Below are positions 50,592 through 59,181 of a stretch of DNA of 64,000 bases, one piece after another; the stretch's first letter is position 1; each line of letters starts with the position of its first letter. Origin of the DNA: Dehalococcoidia bacterium (GTDB lineage: Bacteria; Chloroflexota; Dehalococcoidia; UBA6926). The notes under the pieces were generated by a model. It was not told the origin of the DNA and ran no database searches. It saw only the letters and a list, made by a program, of their open reading frames with translations. Both the position numbers and the translations under genes were made by a program. The stretch is from positions 2,449-66,448 of the forward strand of contig CBDCYO010000004.1 in the NCBI GenBank assembly GCA_965224255.1. The letters are read 5' to 3'.

Positions 50592-50915
50592 TCAGGGGAC
50601 CAGCTGTCGGTCGTAGATGCGGCCGATCCAGCGGATGGCGGAGAGCCGGTCGTTAATGGTTTTTTGTTTGACTTTGAGCTGCCAGAGGGTTTTCAAGAAA
50701 GCGGTATGGTCGGGGGTGAACTCGTCCGGTCGAATGACCATGCCGGCTTTGGCCAGGGTTCGGGCGATAAGAAGAATGAGCCGTCGGCGTTCAAGCCGCG
50801 TTGAGGGCTTGTTGGACCGGTGACGGTCAAGAAGGTCCTCCCAGCTCTTGTCGATGTTTGGGCCGTGTCGTTTTTGAATCCGGGCGATTTTCTTGCGGGC
50901 GCTGCGGGTTGGCAT
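50592..50915 (-). CDS. Stand-alone integrase N-terminal-domain paralog (107 aa)
   Basis: TINDRLSAIRWIGRIY parallels TIDNRLSALRWFAAEI in the integrase. Its stop lies 2 nt before the int start. Confidence 0.6.
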   Translation of the reverse strand: MPTRSARKKIARIQKRHGPNIDKSWEDLLDRHRSNKPSTRLERRRLILLIARTLAKAGMVIRPDEFTPDHTAFLKTLWQLKVKQKTINDRLSAIRWIGRIYDRQLVP

Positions 50916-51132
50916 GGTCAGTTTGCCTACTTGGGATGAGGGAATTTGTTGGAAGGGGGATTTTGAGCCGTTTTTGCAGGCGGTGCAAGGAATTCCTGGA
51001 CTTGATGAGATATTTTCGGGATGGTTTATGTCCTGCGGCGAAGACGGCTGTCGTGTCGCAAGGGTGCTTGTCTGCCGGGTTGTCCTGTTGATGGTGAGCA
51101 GGGATCAAGATGCTCAAGGTTCAATAAGGGTT

Positions 51133-51161
51133 GGAACAAGGCGGACAAGGATTGGACAAGG
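51133..51161. promoter_or_regulatory. Three phased GGA(A/C)CAAGG repeats in the divergent control region
   Basis: GGAACAAGG, GGACAAGG and GGACAAGG spaced 10-11 bp apart. Confidence 0.45.
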
Positions 51162-51258
51162 ATAGATTGCCTTTTCGGGAACGATTACGGTATAACGAAA
51201 CAGGTATGCGGCAAGGGGTCCAGTCCGTTCAGGAAAAGACTTGTTGGGGAGGATTCAG

Positions 51259-51648
51259 GTGGTAGCGAAAAACTCGGAAACGGCGCCGAAAGGCAAGGTC
51301 AATATCCTCGATCGGTTGCAGGCGCGAGGAAGGATTCCCGGAACTCGAGGTGGCACGAAGCTTTCGAAGTTCATGGCCAGGGAAGAAGAAATCCGTGAGG
51401 CGCTGGCAGCCGGGTATTCGATAAAGGACGTGTATGACTGTTTGCAGGACGAAGGCGTCATTGACCTGTCGTATTCGCTTTTCAGCGAGTATGTGCGGAC
51501 GAAGTTGCAGATGCGTCAGCGGCAGGGATTTGAGCGCGTCAAGGTGATTGCGGAAGGAGAAACGGTAGTCCAGGAACCTCAGCTGACCGAAGAGGAGAGG
51601 AAGCGGAACATGATGGTTCACGGCAATCCGGAAGGCCGGCCGGCGTAA
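51259..51648 (+). CDS. TraK-like (RP4 oriT-binding protein-like) small protein
   Basis: FMAREEEIREALAAGYSIKDVYDCLQDEGVIDLSYSLFSEYVR resembles my recollection of RP4 TraK (FLAVRADVEAALASGYALVTIWEHMRETGKVKFSYETF). GTG start after GGAGG. Confidence 0.45.
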   Translation: MVAKNSETAPKGKVNILDRLQARGRIPGTRGGTKLSKFMAREEEIREALAAGYSIKDVYDCLQDEGVIDLSYSLFSEYVRTKLQMRQRQGFERVKVIAEGETVVQEPQLTEEERKRNMMVHGNPEGRPA

Positions 51649-51676
51649 AGAGGCGGTGAAGCAAGGAGCTGAAACC

Positions 51677-52030
51677 ATGTATCGGGAGCACATGAGCAAG
51701 GCAGGCATGGTGGTGGTGCAGATTCACGATCGTCTTTGGTCCTGGCAGGGAGACCGGTTGTACAGACTGCTTGTTGCCGGCTTGCTGGGAACTCTGGTGT
51801 TGTCGGCGGTCTTGTTGTGGACCGGGTTCAGGTCCCCGGACGACCATTGGGAGACAGTGGCTGGCAGTCGGGCGGCCGTGGCGATCGAAAGCTTCAAGCT
51901 GCGCCGGTTGACTTATCGGTTGCCGCCGGAGTGCGCGATTGTGGTGTTGTTTGACAGCCCGGGAGCGGTCGGTCGGTGCTTGTCGGAAATCAGCGGTGAT
52001 GCTGCAAAGGACGAGCCATCGGTCAGGTGA
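51677..52030 (+). CDS. Small membrane protein
   Basis: RBS AAGGAG. TM helix LLVAGLLGTLVLSAVLLW. Confidence 0.5.
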   Translation: MYREHMSKAGMVVVQIHDRLWSWQGDRLYRLLVAGLLGTLVLSAVLLWTGFRSPDDHWETVAGSRAAVAIESFKLRRLTYRLPPECAIVVLFDSPGAVGRCLSEISGDAAKDEPSVR

Positions 52031-52047
52031 ATGAAGAGAGGGTTGCC

Positions 52048-52539
52048 ATGAGTTTGGAAGCGGTCATGTACGAATGGGCAGGGACAGTTCCTGGACTCGG
52101 GGCGGGGTCCTTGATCGTCGGCGGCGTGATCTATGGCGCCTGCCGATTGATGGGCAAGAAGATGTGGGTGGTCGGTCCGAAGGGTTTGGGGGAGGTTGTC
52201 GAGGTGAACGTGCTTGAGTGGCCGCTGGCGCCGGCCTGGCTTGTTGGTGTGGTGCTGGGGATGCTGTCCTATGCGGTGTTTTACGGGTTGGGGCTTCCTG
52301 TTCTGGCGCCGAGTGTGTGGATCGGTGGCTTGTTGGGAATTGGCGGCTATGGGGTGGCGAAGATGCTGTCGGAAAACTGGGTGCATTACGAGACGTCGCC
52401 GTCCGACGAGGTGCTGGTAGCGGTTGGCATGCAGCGAGACAGTTTTGACGAGCTGGTGAGCCAGTGGCGTGAGCAGGCTGGGAAAGCGCCCAGGCGTGGT
52501 TGCTTGCGTCGCGCGCCGGGTGCGCGGTGGGCAGCGTAG
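52048..52539 (+). CDS. Multi-pass membrane protein
   Basis: At least 3 hydrophobic segments. Start could be 52027 or 52048. Confidence 0.5.
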   Translation: MSLEAVMYEWAGTVPGLGAGSLIVGGVIYGACRLMGKKMWVVGPKGLGEVVEVNVLEWPLAPAWLVGVVLGMLSYAVFYGLGLPVLAPSVWIGGLLGIGGYGVAKMLSENWVHYETSPSDEVLVAVGMQRDSFDELVSQWREQAGKAPRRGCLRRAPGARWAA

Positions 52540-52561
52540 GCCAGGGGGAGGGTTTCAGAGC

Positions 52562-53047
52562 ATGGAGATCGAGTCGGTCGGGCCGTCGGCATGGGTCATG
52601 GCGGGTCTGGTTGTTGGCATGGCGATAGCCGGGCTTCTGGTCGTGGTTCTGGGCTGGCGGTTCTTGAAGTCGGCGGCGATGTTGGTCATTGCTCTGGGGA
52701 TGCTTGGCGGGCTGGGGGTGGTCATGTACGCCGTCGTTCTGGAAGAGCCGGTCGATATCGAGGGCTGGCGAGGGAAGCTGGAATCCGGCATCGAGCGCCT
52801 GAAGGAGGTGGTTCTGGAAATCCGGGAGTCGGACGGCGAGGCTGGCGAGCGGGAGTTTTTTGGCCCCAGGATGCCGTCAGGAAATTTTGTTGCCAAGCGA
52901 GTGTCAAGACTGGGGGGGAGTCCTGAAAAAAGGGTAAAGGAGAGCTGGAATGGAAGACAGGGACCTGGACAAGTTGTCCGAGAACGTCATGGCGCTTTTG
53001 CGCGAGATGTCGCAGCGGCAAACGATGATGTTTCACTTGTTGCGTGA
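52562..53047 (+). CDS. Membrane protein (2 TM) with charged tail
   Basis: RBS GGAGG. The 3' end overlaps the next ORF by ~100 nt, so the true stop is uncertain. Confidence 0.45.
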   Translation: MEIESVGPSAWVMAGLVVGMAIAGLLVVVLGWRFLKSAAMLVIALGMLGGLGVVMYAVVLEEPVDIEGWRGKLESGIERLKEVVLEIRESDGEAGEREFFGPRMPSGNFVAKRVSRLGGSPEKRVKESWNGRQGPGQVVRERHGAFARDVAAANDDVSLVA

Positions 53048-53399
53048 GATATACGAGGAATCGAGGTTGCCGATCAAGCTGGTGCGGGAGGTGGACGAAG
53101 ACGTGTATCTGTCGCGGCGCAATCCTCGGGACCGGGGGGTTTCGGGCAGAGACGAGGACGACAGGGAAGGGGATGATCCGATGGCACAGCTCGAAGGCAT
53201 GGGCAACCCGGACGCCATCCCGATGGTCCCCGAGGGCATGCAGGTGACCTGTATTCGGTGTAGTTACCAGTGGCGGCCAAGAATTCCGCAGCCGTCGCTG
53301 TGCGCCAAGTGCAACGCGCCGTGGTGGTACGCGCCGCGTTGGCGCTGGCATCTGAAGGACAAGAAAAAAGGGAAGGCGCGTGTTACCGGGATTGAATAA
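52950..53399 (+). CDS. Zinc-ribbon protein (149 aa)
   Basis: RBS AAGGAGAG. CIRCSYQW...CAKCNAPWW. Confidence 0.55.
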   Translation: MEDRDLDKLSENVMALLREMSQRQTMMFHLLREIYEESRLPIKLVREVDEDVYLSRRNPRDRGVSGRDEDDREGDDPMAQLEGMGNPDAIPMVPEGMQVTCIRCSYQWRPRIPQPSLCAKCNAPWWYAPRWRWHLKDKKKGKARVTGIE

Positions 53400-53498
53400 C
53401 GGGGAGGCGTGATATACTCCGGATTGCTTTGCCAGGGTAATTTTGAGTCGGACCATTAACAGCGAAGGCCGGACGGCTTCATACGCCGTCCGGACGGC

Positions 53499-55253
53499 GT
53501 GCTCGACTTCTTACCAGCTCTGCAACTGGAGTCGATGCGAACGGCAGCACACCCCCAGCCGTTATTCAACGGCGACCCTTCTGCTTCAACACTCCTCACG
53601 ATTGATCCCAGAACGTCTCCTCAGTCCCCGTTAGCGTGTGTTCCGTATCCGGAGCATGCCGGCGCGGTTGTGCTGCGCCTGGCGGTGTCCAACCCTTTTG
53701 AGGGTGTCAGACCTGAACCGGGCCCTGTCGTAGGGCAGCTGGGAGCGGAGGTCCCCGGGCTGCCGGCGGGTGTCCAGCCCTGCGTGGTCTTTGAGTGCGG
53801 ACCGGGTCCGGGTGGCTATCGTGCATTGGGGTCTGGTGTGATGGTCAAGGCTGCGACCTGGTTCCTGCGGACGGGTACGGAAGGGAAGACGCAGGTGGTA
53901 TACGTCTTGCGGGACCAACGATTGTCGCAGGGGGTCCGGAAAGGAGTCATGCTGCAGCGATTGCTGGCGTGGTACGGGGCTTGCCTGGAAGCTGAAGACA
54001 GCTATCTGGGCTGGGTGCGGCCGTTGGAGTTCAGGAACCTGTTGCCAATGCAGGTACAGTCAGGACGTCAGGATGGTTACCGGTTTCTGGAGCTTTGCTC
54101 GGGGGTGCAAAAGGATCTTTCGGATTTGGAGCACCAGCGGTTCGGGGCGCTGGCCCGGTTTTTGTACGACCGCGGGGCGCACTTTGTACTGACGAACGGG
54201 GAGAAGCTTCCGGTCGGTGAAAGCAAGGGTGTGAAGGGGAAGGGCTGGCTCGAGCGGCGTCCGGCGCTGCGTGAGGTCCTGCGGCACCGGGAAGAAGGTG
54301 GTCTGTTGGGGCTGGTTCCGTGGTCGGTGGGACTGTCGGTACTCGATGTGGACGAGGGTTCGCCGGGCGAGTTGATGTCGGTCTTTCCGCCAGCCCTGAT
54401 GCTGAAGTCGGGAACGTTGAGGCGTTACCACGTCTATTACCGGGATGTGCGGGGACGGGGCAACGGCAACTGGGTGGGTTACAAGGCCGCTGGTCAGGTG
54501 CGGAGCGGTTCTGGCTTCGTGGTCTTGTGGCAGGGTCTGGGGGCACTGGCCGGGATGTTGGCTGCTGGTGCGGGCGGCGTTCTGTTTCCGGAGTCCTCGG
54601 TGGTTTTGACGGTAGACAGGAGCAAGCGTTTCGGGCCGGCGTGGGAACCTGCCATTACGGGCGGGTTGGCGCCTTGGGAAATGAGCCGGAGCACGGCCAA
54701 CGGGGTGTTGTTCGAACAGTTGAGGCTGTGGGCTTACAGAGAGTGTCACAAGCCGCCGTTCCTGGATCTGTGGCTTGAGCGGGTGGCGGCGAAGGCACGG
54801 GAGCTGGCGGTAGACGCCGGGTTTCTGGGGTTGCTCAGTCCGCAAGACGTCATGGGTATTGCCAGTAGCGTGGGGTCATGGGTGTGGGCCGAACACAGGG
54901 GGCAATCGGGAGAGGGCCGACGTCGGACCAACTCGGTGCAGCAGCGGAAGCGGGCGCTGGTCAGGTGGTATGGGTGTGAGGAGGGATCTGTCGTGGAGAA
55001 CTTTGATATCCGTGATTACGAGATCGGCCGGCAAGCCGTCAAAGACGGTCTGACGACGGCGCAGTTGGTCAAGGAGTATGGGTTAGGGCGAAGACAGGTT
55101 TATCGGTTGGTCAAGCGATTTCGGGCCAGTCTGGAACCCGGGGGGCCGCAGTTGGTGGCTCCCTGGTGGACGAGGCCGGATCCGTTGGAGCCGGCAGGTG
55201 AGCTCTCGGTCTTTGACGAATTGCTCAAACACAAGATGTTCAATGAGTTATGA
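53499..55253 (+). CDS. Primase-polymerase / plasmid replicase-like protein with C-terminal HTH
   Basis: LSVLDVDEG (DxD), RRYHVYYR and GQVRSGSGFVVLW fit the AEP prim-pol motif order. C-terminal GLGRRQVYRLVKRF. Start uncertain. Confidence 0.55.
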   Translation: MLDFLPALQLESMRTAAHPQPLFNGDPSASTLLTIDPRTSPQSPLACVPYPEHAGAVVLRLAVSNPFEGVRPEPGPVVGQLGAEVPGLPAGVQPCVVFECGPGPGGYRALGSGVMVKAATWFLRTGTEGKTQVVYVLRDQRLSQGVRKGVMLQRLLAWYGACLEAEDSYLGWVRPLEFRNLLPMQVQSGRQDGYRFLELCSGVQKDLSDLEHQRFGALARFLYDRGAHFVLTNGEKLPVGESKGVKGKGWLERRPALREVLRHREEGGLLGLVPWSVGLSVLDVDEGSPGELMSVFPPALMLKSGTLRRYHVYYRDVRGRGNGNWVGYKAAGQVRSGSGFVVLWQGLGALAGMLAAGAGGVLFPESSVVLTVDRSKRFGPAWEPAITGGLAPWEMSRSTANGVLFEQLRLWAYRECHKPPFLDLWLERVAAKARELAVDAGFLGLLSPQDVMGIASSVGSWVWAEHRGQSGEGRRRTNSVQQRKRALVRWYGCEEGSVVENFDIRDYEIGRQAVKDGLTTAQLVKEYGLGRRQVYRLVKRFRASLEPGGPQLVAPWWTRPDPLEPAGELSVFDELLKHKMFNEL

Positions 55254-55836
55254 GGATTGAAGGGTTTATGGCGTTCTGTCCGAAGATTCTACGAAGTTCT
55301 GTAACGAGCTGTTTTTATGTATGTTTCGCAAATTTTGATACGAAATTCTCATATTGTGTCATGCCGCTTTATCTTGGCTCTTCAATCTTCCCGACCGTAT
55401 CTGTAAGGTATGGGGATTAAAACTGTACAGTTCTGGATAGTACCTAGCCCTTCTTAATTCTCCGCGGTTCAGAATACTTCAGGTGCAAGTCATCAGACCC
55501 GCCCCCGAGACTTCGGGCCCGCTCGAGTTCGCCCCCGCCTGCAAAGAGTCTTATGTGTGTGTGCGCCTGCTTTGCCCTGTCCTGCTTTGCCCTGCCTTGC
55601 CTTTTTTTTGTTCCCGGCCGGGAGTTTCGTTGCCTGTGACGATTTGGAGCTTCGGCCGGTCCTGCCCTGTTTTTCAGCCTTTCAGGGGATTGATCCCCGC
55701 TTTTCAAAGGTTTTTACCTTCCCGCCGTGCCCCGAAGTCTGGAGCGTAGCGACGGACGTAGGGGTGCGGCACCAGTGAGCGAAGCGAACGGCTCACCCGT
55801 ATTTTGCTGAGGGTGAACTGGCTGATCGCTGGGGTG

Positions 55837-56566
55837 GGTTTATCCCCGCGCGTGCGGGGGAATTGACCTGATGAACGGCATGGAAGTGTGGACGGATGGT
55901 TTATCCCCGCGCGTGCGGGGGAATTGGGCAAGCTGCACCCGCGTCGTGGTGTTGGCCGTCTTTATCCCCGCGCGTGCGGGGGAATTGGGTGTTCTGTTCA
56001 TTTCCCCCTTGCCGGGAGGTTTTTATCCCCGCGCGTGCGGGGGAATTGGGGTGCTGCGCGTCAACTGATCGGGGGGGTCTATCCCCGCGCGTGCGGGGGA
56101 ATTGGGGTGCTGCGCGTCAACTGATCGGGGGGGTCTATCCCCGCGCGTGCTGGGGAATGTTCGAGTCAAGCGTTCGAGAAAGATCGCCCCGAGGGAGCTC
56201 TTGGTGTCAGGCATAGCTATAGGCTTCTTCGGAGGTGAAGAACAGGCAGCCGGCAAGTTTTGGTCTATCCCCGCGGGTGGCGGGGGAATGGATCGATGGG
56301 TTTTTCTCAGGTTGCGAGCCGCGGGGCGGGAAAAGGGCTGGTGTCTGGAGGGTCACGGGCGGTCTGGAATTGCCAGAGGGCCTTGAGGGTGTGGTCGAGC
56401 GAAGCGTTGGGCGGCAGTTCGAGAAAGACGGTGTAGGCCTGCTCCAGGAGATCGCGGACGCGGGGCAGGTGGAGCTTGATGGTTTCGGTGCGGAAGCGGC
56501 CATCGGGTGCGGAGGGTACGAGGCGTTGGGAGTTTCTGGGTCTATCCCTGGGAGTGCGGGGGAATC
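55837..56566 (-). CRISPR. Orphan, partly decayed type I-E-like CRISPR array
   Basis: 29-bp repeats GGTTTATCCCCGCGCGTGCGGGGGAATTG at 55837, 55898, 55959, ~56020, 56076 and 56132, with degenerate copies at 56262 and 56539. First three spacers are 32 bp. Reverse complement ends GGGGATAAACC as in I-E. Confidence 0.85.
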
Positions 56567-56654
56567 TTTGAGTCAAGCAGGTTTGGAAACGTGGGTGATG
56601 ATGTCGTTGAGGATGACGGTAGCGATCTGGCTCATGTGGCGAACTTTCGTTGGT

Positions 56655-56990
56655 GGTTTCAGGAATAATGCCCGCGATTTCGCTCCAGATGGCCTGTAGG
56701 GGGTTTTCAGGGGCAAGGATGATGATGGAGTCGTCCCTGATGAAAAAATGCCTTCAAGGGGGGCTCAGGGATCAAAAACGGGAAGCGAAAAGCTTGGGGT
56801 CAGGCGGTGGGACGGGGGTGTGTTTCGGTTTTGGATATGAAGGGCGTTCGGGTTTCAGGAATAATGCCCGCTATTTGGCTCGAAATGGCCTGTAGCGGCT
56901 TTTTTGGGGTAAGGATGATGAATGGACCCACGTCGGGGGGATAAATCCGTCTGAGGGCCGTTCAGGGGGCAAAAACGGCGAAGCCTGAGG
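56655..56990. repeat. Tandem ~196-bp duplication (R3/R4) related to R1/R2
   Basis: Units start GGTTTCAGGAATAATGCCCGC at 56655 and 56851. Each contains ATGGCCTGTAG..GATGATGA..CAAAAACGG. Confidence 0.65.
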
Positions 56991-56991
56991 C

Positions 56992-57215
56992 CTAGTTGTT
57001 CTCGAATTCGGGTGGCGGCGGATCGCTGCAGCCGGGTGGCAACTGTACGTCGTGTGGTTGCCGGAACAGGGTCATGCCGTAGCCGTAGGCGCGGTGGCGT
57101 CCGATGCCGTTGGTGATGAGCTGCTCGAAGCGCTCGGGATTTTCGACGATGAGGTTGCCGCTGCAGGTGACGTCGGGGCCGAGAATGGGCGGCGTGTCGA
57201 ACTTGCGAACGACGG
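56992..57215 (-). pseudogene. cas6e: cas6e (casE) C-terminal remnant
   Basis: VTCSGNLIVENPERFEQLITNGIGRHRAYGYGMTLF parallels the E. coli CasE tail VCFEGVLTINDAPALIDLVQQGIGPAKSMGCGLLSL. Upstream residues are not Cas6e-like. Confidence 0.6.
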
Positions 57216-57546
57216 GCACCCGGCGGTAGCTGATGATGCGGAACGTGAAGGCTCTAGAGAGGCGCCTTTTTGCTGGCGAAAGTGTCTGTGAAGCCAGCCG
57301 CCGTAGGCTTGGTGGCGGATGTGGTTGATTTCGGGGATGGTTTCGGGAGGGGATTTTGGTTTGGAACGGGTCGGTGTGTGAAACATGCCTTATGTTGGCC
57401 ACGAGCGGAGCGGTGTTCTTGGCGCTGCGTAAGCGAAGTGAGTGGCCAAAAGCGAACAGGAATGGGACTCTGTCCCTTCTGTTCCTCCTGTTCGCCTCTG
57501 TTCGGGTGATTTTCGATCAGTGATAAAAAGGGTTTCCGGCCGTCGT

Positions 57547-57630
57547 GTTGTAGGGGTAGATCGGTCATGTTGTAGGGGTAGATCGGTCATGTTGTAGAGG
57601 TAGATCGGTCATGTTGTAGGGGTAGACCGC
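57547..57630. repeat. 22-bp tandem repeats x3.8 (iteron-like)
   Basis: GTTGTAGGGGTAGATCGGTCAT at 57547, 57569 and 57591 (1 mismatch), with a partial copy at 57613. Confidence 0.8.
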
Positions 57631-57644
57631 TGTGCCTAGATAGT

Positions 57645-59150
57645 TTTCGAGCCACTTGCAGAATTGCGTGTACGAGTGGGATTTTCTTTCTCCGTGTCAA
57701 GCACGGGGCAGGCTCTGGGGCTGATTGGTGGACATTGGGGCCACTTTCTGATTCTGTTGAGTTGTCAAACAACCGAATCAGGAGGAACGACCCCAATGGC
57801 CTTACGTGAGATACTATCGAGTTACTGGTCTTGCTTTCAAGCGCTGCTGTTCCCGCAGCTTGAGGAAACGATCGGGGCGCTGGGGGAACGCCATCAGCGC
57901 TTCGTCATGGTGCTCGAATGGGTGCGGGTGGAAACGCTGCTGCCGTACCAGCACCGGCGTCGCGGCTGTCCGCCAAGCGACCGCGCGGCCTTAGCCCGCG
58001 CCTTCGTCGCCAAGGCCGTCTTCGCGCTGGTTAGCACCCGGATGTTGCTTGATCGTCTGCGCCACGACAGCACCCTGCGCCGGTTGTGCGGCTGGCGTAG
58101 CGTCAAGCACATTCCGAGCGAGGCGACGTTTTCACGTGCCTTTGCCGAATTTGCCGACAGCGCCTTGCCGAGCCACCTGCACGAGGCGCTGATCAAACGC
58201 ACCCAGGGTGAGCGTCTGGCAGGCCATATTTCACGCGATTCGACGGCGATTGAAGGGCGCGAGAGACCGACCCCGAAGGCGCCGCAGCCGGCCAAGCCGA
58301 AGCGGCGGCGCGGGCGTCCGCGCAAGGGCGAGGAGCGCCCCACGGAGCCGCGCCGTCTGGAGCGCCAGCGCAACATGACCCTGCCGGAGATGCTCGCCGA
58401 CTTGCCGTACGCCTGTGACATTGGCGTCAAGCGCGACGCCAAAGGCTATCAGACGTCATGGAGCGGCTACAAGTTGCATATTGACGCGGCCGACGGCGCC
58501 ATCCCGGTCAGTTGCCTGCTTACCTCGGCGTCGCTGCACGACAGCCAAGTCGCCATCCCGCTGGCGACCCTGACGGCGGAGCGAGTCCGCAACCTGTATG
58601 ACCTGATGGACAGCGCCTACGATGCCCCGGAAATCCGCGCCCACAGCCGCGCCCTGGGTCATGTTGCGATCATCGACGTCAACCCCCGCAGCGGCGCGCG
58701 CAAGCAGGCGCTGCGGCAGGAGAGGCAGGCACGGCGTGCCTGTGGGTTGGTCCTGTCTGAGGAGAGACGTTACCACGAACGCTCGACCGTCGAGCGCGTC
58801 AATGGTCGCCTCAAGGATGAATTCGGAGGTCGCAGCGTGCGCGTGCGCGGCCATGCCAAGGTGCTGTGTCATCTGATGTTCGGGATTGTGGCGCTCACGG
58901 TTGATCAGTTGATGCGCTTGGTGACCTGAAGCTGGTCTCGCGGCCCCGTTTCCTCCATCCCGGCACGCGCTGCTGTCCTTGTACGCAGGGGGGAGAGTTG
59001 CGTCCGCATCGCAAGACGGGAGCCGGAACTCGGCACCGCCATGGCTGAATTCGTGGCAATTGGAACCACCGACGGCAAATGATTCACCGTACGGTCTCAT
59101 GACAACCGCTCCGAGGCCAAACTAGCGGAGTTTTGCAAGTGGCTCTTTCT
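57645..59150 (+). mobile_element. IS4/IS5-superfamily insertion sequence (boundaries approximate)
   Basis: Inverted cores GAGCCACTTGCAGAA at 57649-57663 and TTTTGCAAGTGGCTC at 59131-59145 flank a DDE transposase. Confidence 0.7.
57796..58929 (+). CDS. DDE transposase (IS4/IS5 superfamily)
   Basis: 377 aa. RBS AGGAGGA. GYKLHIDAADG...DSAYD...YHERSTVERVNGRLKDEF. Confidence 0.8.
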   Translation: MALREILSSYWSCFQALLFPQLEETIGALGERHQRFVMVLEWVRVETLLPYQHRRRGCPPSDRAALARAFVAKAVFALVSTRMLLDRLRHDSTLRRLCGWRSVKHIPSEATFSRAFAEFADSALPSHLHEALIKRTQGERLAGHISRDSTAIEGRERPTPKAPQPAKPKRRRGRPRKGEERPTEPRRLERQRNMTLPEMLADLPYACDIGVKRDAKGYQTSWSGYKLHIDAADGAIPVSCLLTSASLHDSQVAIPLATLTAERVRNLYDLMDSAYDAPEIRAHSRALGHVAIIDVNPRSGARKQALRQERQARRACGLVLSEERRYHERSTVERVNGRLKDEFGGRSVRVRGHAKVLCHLMFGIVALTVDQLMRLVT

Positions 59151-59181
59151 ACAGAGATTTCCACAGGGCAGCTTCAGCAGA

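Noticed and set aside
55444-55778. Small ORFs between the replicase and the CRISPR array
   Set aside because: Low-complexity basic translations across short tandem repeats (CTGCTTTGCCCTG x2), with no RBS.
56655-56990. Second CRISPR array
   Set aside because: Only two units at a 196-bp period, with units related throughout their length. It is a tandem duplication.
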